This document shows, piece after piece, positions 57,411 through 64,000 of a stretch of 64,000 nt of DNA. The stretch is taken from positions 302,972 to 366,971 of the forward strand of contig JAWWOW010000005.1 of assembly GCA_033851265.1 (NCBI GenBank), read 5' to 3'. The DNA comes from Frankiales bacterium (GTDB taxonomy: Bacteria > Actinomycetota > Actinomycetes > JAWWOW01). Each line of letters opens with the position of its first letter. Position 1 is the first letter of the stretch. Position numbers and translations under genes: made by a program. Under the pieces are notes generated by a model that searched no databases, had not been told where the DNA came from, and saw nothing but the letters and a program-made list of their open reading frames with translations.

Positions 57411-59531
57411 TTAGTTGTTGTCGGACCGATGAGCTTCTTCGGGCAGAACTAGACCCGTGTGTGCTGCCGTGAACGACAGCACGTCGACCGAGAGGTCGAC
57501 CGACCGGCTCACGGCGCGGGCACCGTGACCGACATCCCGCTCGTTTCGCAGGAGAATCGGCCGGGAGCTGATCGTGGCGTGCTGGAGTGCGGCGCACATC
57601 TTCCGCGCATGCAACGGGTCGACCCGTGTGTCTGAATCGAACACCGTGAACAACACGGCTGGGTAGTCAACTCCGTCGACAACCCGATGATACGGGGAGT
57701 AGCTGAACAACCAACCGAACTCGGTCGGGTCAGCAGCCTTGCCGTACTCGTCGTTCCATGTCTCACCCAGCCCGAACCGTTCATAGCGAACCATGTCCAG
57801 CAATGGTGCGGAGCACGCAACCGCGGCGTACAACTCTGGCCGTTGCGTGAGAGCTGCACCAACGAGCAGACCGCCATTACTGCCGCCTGAGATGGATAGT
57901 TGAGCGGATGTCGTCCAATCGTGTGCGATCAACCACTCGGCGGCAGCGTGGAAGTCGTCGAATGTGTTCTGCTTTCGCTCCCGCATGCCCGCGCGGTGCC
58001 AGTCCTCGCCCTCCTCGGAGCCGCCGCGGATGTGAGCAATTGCATAGACACCGCCGGCCTCCACCCAGGCGAGTGCCGTCGCGGCGTACGCCGGTGTCAT
58101 CGACGCGCCGAACCCGCCGTACCCATAGAGAATTGTTGGTTGCGGCGCGGCAGGTTCGGACTCACGGGAGAGCAAGGTGAGTCGGACGGGCGTGTCGTCG
58201 GCGCTGCGGTAGACCACCTGCCGAGCGACGATCGACGGCACCTCCACCGTGCCGGGCGGGCGTGCCCACACCGTGGTCGCACCCGTGCGGCCGTCGTAGT
58301 GCATGGCGGTTGGCGGTGTCACGAAATCTGTGTAGGTGAACCAACACTCGTGGCCGCCCTCGGGTCGTTCACCGAGCCCACCGATCGTGCCGAGTCCAGG
58401 AAGCTCGACATATCCGCGCTTCGCGCCGTCGGCGAGGTCGTGCACGGTTACTTCGCTGATCGCGTGACGAGTCCACGACACAAGCAGTAGCGGCGTCTCC
58501 AACTCGGGTCCGTCGAGGATCGCGAAGTTCTCGAGGACGGCTTCCGGGTCTTCGGGGATGAGGTCGACCCAGCTCTCGTAAGCCGATGCGAGCGGAGCGG
58601 CGACACACAACCGGCCGCGGGGAGCGTCGCGGTCAGTCAGCAAGTAGAGACGCCCATCTCGGCCGACGTGTGCTGCTGTCTGCGCGTCGACACCTTCCTG
58701 CACGGTGATGAACTCCGGCTTTTCCGGTGAGGTCGCGGATAGGTCGGCAATCCAAAGGTCGTCGCGTGGCGCAGTGCCGGCTGCAGCCGCAACGATCAAC
58801 CAGCGGCCGTCCATGCTGACGGTCACGCCGTAGTAGTTGGTCTTGTCCAGCCCGGAGCCGAAGACCTCGACGTCGGTTGCGGGATCGGCACCGACCTCGT
58901 GCAGCCAGATCCGGCGGTGGAACTGCTCGTCGCCCTCCGGCACATCCTCTGGTGGCAGCCGGCGTACGTAATAGAAGTGCCGGCCACCGGGCATCCACGC
59001 GATCGGGGAGTAGCGCGCCCGGTCAATCGGTGTCTCGATCTCGGTGAGTGTGTCGAGCTCGAGGACGTGGACGTTGGATTCCTCGGTGCCACCGCTGGAG
59101 ACCTGGTAGGCGAGCAGCCGGCCTTCCTTGTCCACCTGCCAGGCGTCGAGCGTGGTCGTCCCGGCCGGGTCGATCGCCATCGGATCGATGACGGTTCGCT
59201 CCGTGCCGTCGGGGTCGAGCGTGATAACGACGGCGTGCTCTTGGTCGGCGGTCCGGCGCATGAACAGCGCGCGCTCGCCGCGATAGATGGGTGCGGTCAC
59301 CAGCCCCGCGTCCAAAAGAGCGGTCAAGCGCTGGCGCAGATGCTCTCGACCCGGGAGCCCACTGACCTGGCCTCGGAAGAGCCGGTCCTGCTCCTCGACC
59401 CACGCCCCGGTATCCGCTGATTCGGGCTCTTCCAGCCACCGGTAGGGGTCGGCGACGCGGTGTCCGTGCAGCTCGTCGACGACATCCAGACGTGGTGCGT
59501 CCGGGTAGTCCGGATGGCTCATGACGCTCAA
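57411..59531 (-). CDS. Prolyl oligopeptidase family (S9A) serine peptidase
   Basis: N-terminal DPYRWLE motif. Beta-propeller. C-terminal GGSNGGLLVG nucleophile elbow. Asp/His region. Confidence 0.9.
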   Translation of the reverse strand: MSVMSHPDYPDAPRLDVVDELHGHRVADPYRWLEEPESADTGAWVEEQDRLFRGQVSGLPGREHLRQRLTALLDAGLVTAPIYRGERALFMRRTADQEHAVVITLDPDGTERTVIDPMAIDPAGTTTLDAWQVDKEGRLLAYQVSSGGTEESNVHVLELDTLTEIETPIDRARYSPIAWMPGGRHFYYVRRLPPEDVPEGDEQFHRRIWLHEVGADPATDVEVFGSGLDKTNYYGVTVSMDGRWLIVAAAAGTAPRDDLWIADLSATSPEKPEFITVQEGVDAQTAAHVGRDGRLYLLTDRDAPRGRLCVAAPLASAYESWVDLIPEDPEAVLENFAILDGPELETPLLLVSWTRHAISEVTVHDLADGAKRGYVELPGLGTIGGLGERPEGGHECWFTYTDFVTPPTAMHYDGRTGATTVWARPPGTVEVPSIVARQVVYRSADDTPVRLTLLSRESEPAAPQPTILYGYGGFGASMTPAYAATALAWVEAGGVYAIAHIRGGSEEGEDWHRAGMRERKQNTFDDFHAAAEWLIAHDWTTSAQLSISGGSNGGLLVGAALTQRPELYAAVACSAPLLDMVRYERFGLGETWNDEYGKAADPTEFGWLFSYSPYHRVVDGVDYPAVLFTVFDSDTRVDPLHARKMCAALQHATISSRPILLRNERDVGHGARAVSRSVDLSVDVLSFTAAHTGLVLPEEAHRSDNN

Positions 59532-59618
59532 CTTACCGACGCGGAGTACGCCGCTTGGGGGTAGTCACGTGCGAACAGCGCGGTCTTTCGGGTTCACTTA
59601 GGCCTAAGAGGAGGGACC

Positions 59619-60137
59619 GTGCGCCAGTCACTAGTGCTGAACGCAACGTACGAGCCGCTCGGCGTCGTATCGTCGCGGCGCGCGGTCGTGCTGGTCCTCA
59701 CCGAGAAAGCAGTGTCTGTGGAGGACGCCGATGACGTCCTCCACGGCGTGACGAGGAGCATCTACGTGCCTGCAGTGGTCCGGCTGACTCGCTTCGTGCG
59801 GGTGCCCTACCGAGCCGGCGTGCCGCTCACCCGGCGCGCTGTTTTTGCTCGCGACGGGGGCCGCTGTGTCTATTGCGGCGCGGCCGCGACGAGCCTCGAT
59901 CACGTCATCCCGCGAAGTCGGGGTGGCGAGCACAACTGGGAGAACGTCGTCGCATCCTGTAGCCGGTGCAACCACCTGAAGGCGGACCGCGATATCAAGA
60001 CGCTTGGCTGGCGACTGCGCCGGACACCGCGCGAGCCAACTGGCACGGCGTGGCGCGTGCTCGGCACCGGCCGGTGCGATCCGACGTGGACGCGTTGGCT
60101 GTCGGGTCCGGTCCCTGACGCTGCGACGGCCTCGTGA
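59619..60137 (+). CDS. HNH endonuclease (small, conserved actinobacterial type)
   Basis: GTG after AAGAGGAGGGA. CVYCG...LDHVIPRSRGGEHNWENVVASCSRCNHLK HNH motif. Confidence 0.85.
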   Translation: MRQSLVLNATYEPLGVVSSRRAVVLVLTEKAVSVEDADDVLHGVTRSIYVPAVVRLTRFVRVPYRAGVPLTRRAVFARDGGRCVYCGAAATSLDHVIPRSRGGEHNWENVVASCSRCNHLKADRDIKTLGWRLRRTPREPTGTAWRVLGTGRCDPTWTRWLSGPVPDAATAS

Positions 60138-61051
60138 CCGCACGCGAGCGAGCCGAGGGATTGTTCACGCGAGTCACGAAGCGCCTGATCACGCAGGTCG
60201 AGAGCCGCAACGAGCCGCGTAAGTCTGCCGACCTGCTGGTTGCAGCGATCCTCGCGGAGCAGGACATCACGTCGCTGCGCGATCCGGGGGCCTACGTCGA
60301 CGTGTTGCGTCGGTCGTTTCTTCCTGCGCAGTTCATGGTGGACGAGATTCGGCCCGGCACGGGGGAGTGGGCCGAGCGGCCGGTGCAGTTCGGCAACCTC
60401 TTGCGAGAGCTCGAGTCCGGCGTACCGGCGCTGTCGATGTCGGACGCACTGCTCATCGCAAATGTCGCCGATGAATTGGGCGCGTCGCGCGAGCCGGTCG
60501 GTTGGGTCGACGTTGGGTCGCACTTCCGGCGGGCGTCGTCGTTTGCGCGTAAGGGACGGCTGTTGCAGGCAGCAGTCCGTCACGTGCGCGCGCGCAACGT
60601 TCTCGAGCTCGGTACGGCGTACGGCATGTCAGCGCTGTTCTTCGCATCCGCCGTCGGCAAGGAAGGCCTCGTCGCGACGGTGGAGGTGGCGCAGCCGCAG
60701 GCCCGCATCGCGGGCGAGGTCTTTGCGGAGCACTTCCCGGACCGGGTGCGCCCATTTGTCGGCCACAGCCCAGAAATCTTGACGGAGGTCGCCGGCATCG
60801 TGCCGTCGTTCGACGTGCTCTTCCACGACGCCGAGCACTCGCGCGCGGCGTACGTCGCCGACTTCGCCGCCTGCGAGCCGATGCTCGGCCCGGGTTCTCT
60901 GGTCATCTACGACGACATTCGTTGGCGAGGTGCCAGCCGGTTCGGCATGAAGGCCGACACCTACGAAGGGTGGCGCGAGGTCGCCGACCATCCGCGGGTG
61001 GAGCATGCGGTCGAGATCGACGGTGAGTACGGCATCCTGCTGCTCGGCTGA
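60134..61051 (+). CDS. Class I SAM-dependent methyltransferase (O-methyltransferase family 3-like) with N-terminal extension
   Basis: GTGA overlap with the HNH stop. VLELGTAYGMSALFFA SAM motif I. VLFHDAEHS. 305 aa. Confidence 0.7.
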   Translation: MTARERAEGLFTRVTKRLITQVESRNEPRKSADLLVAAILAEQDITSLRDPGAYVDVLRRSFLPAQFMVDEIRPGTGEWAERPVQFGNLLRELESGVPALSMSDALLIANVADELGASREPVGWVDVGSHFRRASSFARKGRLLQAAVRHVRARNVLELGTAYGMSALFFASAVGKEGLVATVEVAQPQARIAGEVFAEHFPDRVRPFVGHSPEILTEVAGIVPSFDVLFHDAEHSRAAYVADFAACEPMLGPGSLVIYDDIRWRGASRFGMKADTYEGWREVADHPRVEHAVEIDGEYGILLLG

Positions 61052-61211
61052 AAGCGCACTTTTGCCTCGAAGATCAAAAGCGGCAGCTACGAGGGACAGG
61101 CGTCGCGTTGCCATCTACCGCGTCGTTCTGCTTGCGGATACCGACGCCGCAGGTGGCAACGTGCGGGCACAACCGCCCCGCCGCCTGGCCGGGGTGGTCC
61201 ACCCAAACCTC

Positions 61212-61246
61212 CTCTGCTCTGCTTCTCAGGCGGAAGCAGAGCAGAG
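61212..61246. terminator. Perfect hairpin (14-bp stem, 7-nt loop) between convergent genes; likely bidirectional intrinsic terminator
   Basis: ctctgctctgcttc-tcaggcg-gaagcagagcagag. No flanking U tract, as is common in high-GC actinobacteria. Confidence 0.5.
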
Positions 61247-61296
61247 CAGAGCGCCGGTCCTGCGTCGAACAACACCACTTCACGCGCGTGGACGGA

Positions 61297-61818
61297 TCAG
61301 TTCTTCCGACCGCGACGTAGATCAAGGAGCACCAGGCTGCCGATAGCCACAGCAATCGCCGTCAGGGACATCAACGCGTAGCCGATGCGACCGTCTGCCA
61401 CGACATTCCAGGTCGAGGGATAGGCGGCTGACGGCTCACGATTTGCCAGATGGTTGCCCCAGAACTGGCCGGCTACGCCGAGGACTACCAGGGCGGCATA
61501 CGTGCTCGCGCGGAGAAATCGGCGTGAGCCGCCGCTCGTGATGGCGGCAAGACCCAACCCGATGGCTGGAAGCACCAAGTTGAGCGTGAGCACTATCCAC
61601 ACAAACGCGATGCCCGCACCGAGTTCAAGCGAGAACGGGTTATCCCAGCCAAGGTTGGCCGGGTCGGCCTGAGCGCGCGCCTCAGCGGTCCTCTCGATGA
61701 AGCCGTACAGGCCAAACACGAGCGCGCCAGCGCACCAAACCCCCACGCAGGCAGCCGCTGCCCAGCGCATCCCCTTGGACGCATCCGGCTGTGCGCCCAA
61801 CGCCATCGTCACGAACAA
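61297..61818 (-). CDS. Hypothetical membrane protein (4 TM)
   Basis: 173 aa with four hydrophobic helices. Confidence 0.55.
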   Translation of the reverse strand: MFVTMALGAQPDASKGMRWAAAACVGVWCAGALVFGLYGFIERTAEARAQADPANLGWDNPFSLELGAGIAFVWIVLTLNLVLPAIGLGLAAITSGGSRRFLRASTYAALVVLGVAGQFWGNHLANREPSAAYPSTWNVVADGRIGYALMSLTAIAVAIGSLVLLDLRRGRKN

Positions 61819-61941
61819 AGTATCGGCGAGTCACGGGTAGGTACACCACGTAGGTCCGCACCGGCTCTACGGTCCCAATCAGCCGGAACGCCCGGTGACG
61901 CCCGTGAGGTTGCACTGCTGTGACCCCGTTAGCGTGCTGGT

Positions 61942-63357
61942 GTGGCGGCACTGCACGATCTCTCTGCGCTTGAGCAAGCCGCTGCGATCCGTGCCGGCGA
62001 GATATCACCGGTTGAGCTGACGACGCACTACCTCGAACGCATCGAGCGACTCTCCAATGACGTCGGCGCCTTCGTGACCGTGACCGCAGAGTCTGCGCTG
62101 GCATCGGCGCGGTCCGCCGAGGCCGAGCTGGCACGCCGGACCGCACCCGTGTCGGCGTTGTACGGCGTGCCCACGGCTATCAAAGACCTGACGGCTGTCG
62201 CGGGCGTCGAGATGCGGATGGGCACCGCGGCGTTCGACCCGCTGGTGCCCGACACCGACGATCACGTGGTCACCCGATTGAAAGCAGCGGGAATGCCTCT
62301 GCTCGGCAAGACGAGCACGCCGGAGTTCGGCCTTCCGCTCTACACCGAACCGGACGGACAACGACCAGCGCGTTCACCGTGGGATCTGGCGATCTCCGCG
62401 GGCGGCTCGAGCGGAGGCGCGGCCGCCGCGGTCGCGAGTGGTCTTGTGCCGGTCGCGCACGGCAGCGACGGTGGAGGATCGGTCCGCACGCCCGCTGCCA
62501 TCTGCGGGCTCGTCGGCGTGAAGAGCAGCCGGGATCGGATCAGTCTCGGCCCGCGCCCGCGAAGTGGTCCGGGACTCGGGGTCCACGGGTTCCTCACGCG
62601 GACCGTCGCCGATGCTGCCGCGCTCCTCGACGCGACCTCTGGCCCCATGCCCGGTGATGCGACCTGGCTGCCACTGACGTCAGGCCGGTTCGTCGACGCA
62701 ACGCGGCGGGATCCAGGACGCCTCCGCGTCGGACGTCATCTGGTGCCGACGCTCGCCGACGTTGAGCCGCACCCCGATGTCATCGCGGCCTATGAGGCGG
62801 TCTCGAGCCAGCTGACCGAACTCGGCCACGAGGTGGTCGACGTCGCGCCGCCATTCGGCCGAGAGGTGATCGCCGACTTCGAGACCGTGTGGGCCAAGTG
62901 GGCCGCCTCGATACCGATACCTGCTGACCGCGAGCACCGGCTGACCGCACTGACCCGGTGGCTGCAGGAACGTGGCGCGAAAGTGAGCGCAGCCGACTAT
63001 GTGCGCGCACTTGGACGCTTGCAGTTGGCGTCGCGGGCGGCGATCAGCGCGGCGGCGGCGTACGACGTGGTGCTGGTGCCGACCCTTGCCGATCTGCCCA
63101 AGCGGGTCGGGGAGCTACGCGATGACGACGACCCAGCCGCCGACTTCGCTGCCCAAGAACGATTCAACCCGTACTCCGCGGCGTACAACATGACCGGACA
63201 ACCGGCGATCACCGTGCCGCTTCACTGGACGGCGGCGGGCGTTCCGGTCGGTGTTCAACTGGTTGGGGCGCCGGCAGGAGAGGCTGTGCTGCTAACGCTC
63301 GCCGCTCAACTGGAGGAGGCTCGGCCGTGGCGCGATCGGACACCACCGTCCTGGTGA
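61942..63357 (+). CDS. Amidase signature family enzyme
   Basis: GVPTAIKDL. GGSSGGAAAAVA. GSDGGGSVRTPAA (Ser-cisSer-Lys triad region). Confidence 0.9.
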   Translation: MAALHDLSALEQAAAIRAGEISPVELTTHYLERIERLSNDVGAFVTVTAESALASARSAEAELARRTAPVSALYGVPTAIKDLTAVAGVEMRMGTAAFDPLVPDTDDHVVTRLKAAGMPLLGKTSTPEFGLPLYTEPDGQRPARSPWDLAISAGGSSGGAAAAVASGLVPVAHGSDGGGSVRTPAAICGLVGVKSSRDRISLGPRPRSGPGLGVHGFLTRTVADAAALLDATSGPMPGDATWLPLTSGRFVDATRRDPGRLRVGRHLVPTLADVEPHPDVIAAYEAVSSQLTELGHEVVDVAPPFGREVIADFETVWAKWAASIPIPADREHRLTALTRWLQERGAKVSAADYVRALGRLQLASRAAISAAAAYDVVLVPTLADLPKRVGELRDDDDPAADFAAQERFNPYSAAYNMTGQPAITVPLHWTAAGVPVGVQLVGAPAGEAVLLTLAAQLEEARPWRDRTPPSW

Positions 63358-63364
63358 TGGCCGC

Positions 63365-64000
63365 GTGACCGATTCGCTGCTCGTTGCCTTGGCAGAGGCC
63401 TACGACGTCGCTACCGAGTTCACCGATTGGCGCGGCCGACCCGTGCAGGTGCCAGACAGCACGGTGGTCGCGGTTCTAGCGGCGCTCGACGTCGACGCCG
63501 CCACACCCGACGCGCGTACGCGGGCACTCGAGCAGGCGCGGCTGCAGCACTGGCGACGCGTTCTGCCACCGACCGTGGTGCAGCTGGTCGGATCTGGTGC
63601 CGTCGTTGCGGTGCACTGCCGACACGGTGACCCGATCGAGCTGCGCATCAAACTCGAAGACGGCACCGAGCGCGCTGTTGATGAGCAACTCATGGTCTGG
63701 GTCGAGCCGATCGACGTCGATGGCGAGTTGCGTGGTGAAGCGACGTACAAGATGCCGATGGATCTGCCGTTGGGATGGCACCGGCTCACAGCAGTGACGG
63801 GTTCGGAGACGGCGACCGCAACGCTCATCGTCGCGCCGGACATTGTCGGTCTCGGCGCATTGGGCGACCGCCGAGCGTGGGGGATCGCGACCCAGCTCTA
63901 CTCCGCGCGGTCGAGTCGGTCCTGGGGGATGGGTGACTTCGGCGACCTGAACACGATCACATCGTGGGCGGCTGAGCGCGGTGCCGGCTTCGTTCTCATC
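63365..64000 (+). CDS. malQ: 4-alpha-glucanotransferase (amylomaltase), N-terminal part; continues past window end
   Basis: GTG 8 nt after the amidase stop. The sequence WGIATQLYSARSSRSWGMGDFGDL is the hallmark MalQ motif. Not in the ORF track because no stop falls in the window. Confidence 0.8.
   Translation, partial: MTDSLLVALAEAYDVATEFTDWRGRPVQVPDSTVVAVLAALDVDAATPDARTRALEQARLQHWRRVLPPTVVQLVGSGAVVAVHCRHGDPIELRIKLEDGTERAVDEQLMVWVEPIDVDGELRGEATYKMPMDLPLGWHRLTAVTGSETATATLIVAPDIVGLGALGDRRAWGIATQLYSARSSRSWGMGDFGDLNTITSWAAERGAGFVLI

Noticed and set aside
59619-61051. HNH + methyltransferase pair as a bona fide type II restriction-modification system
   Set aside because: The methyltransferase lacks recognisable DNA MTase catalytic motifs and resembles small-molecule O-methyltransferases. 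Reported only as an open question.

Overview
This is a high-GC (~70%) actinobacterial-type chromosomal segment, densely coded on both strands, with many 1-4 nt start/stop overlaps indicating operons. From start to end it contains seven main blocks. (1) A partial cupin gene and a hypothetical gene, then a TetR regulator divergent from an ABC importer operon. The operon has two tandem paralogous lipoprotein substrate-binding proteins carrying Gly-Thr repeat tethers, a fused LivH/LivM-type permease and LivG/LivF-type ATPases. It continues without a break into four exported proteins of unknown function: a 451-aa secreted protein, a 2-TM protein with a Cys motif, a DUF1080/concanavalin-like protein and a PQQ beta-propeller. 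(2) A large lipid or steroid side-chain beta-oxidation-like cluster. It holds a VOC enzyme, two adjacent acyl-CoA dehydrogenases, family-III CoA-transferases, FadD, a P450, two SDRs, an amidohydrolase, a DegT aminotransferase, an O-methyltransferase, a MaoC hydratase and a thiolase/DUF35 pair. A DUF222 (REP13E12-type) HNH gene, an LLM oxidoreductase and a LemA-DUF2207 pair lie inside it. (3) An H-NOX haem-NO sensor gene directly upstream of a sensor-less histidine kinase and a PAS histidine kinase. (4) frdABCD fumarate reductase, a DedA protein, two paralogous small secreted proteins flanking a polytopic membrane protein, and an OmpR/HK two-component pair. (5) Three tRNAs (Lys-CUU, His-GUG, Arg-UCU) interspersed with an SRPBCC protein, oligoribonuclease, a receiver protein and a VOC protein. 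(6) A surface Gly/Ser-rich protein, a GGDEF-EAL membrane protein and an S8 subtilase with an unusual (TTWTG)n C-terminal repeat. (7) SSB paralog, EttA, thioesterase, truncated haemoglobin O, MscS, prolyl oligopeptidase, HNH endonuclease, methyltransferase, amidase and the 5' part of malQ. No CRISPR array, rRNA or obvious prophage was seen. All calls come from reading the six-frame translations and the DNA by eye; no database searches were run.
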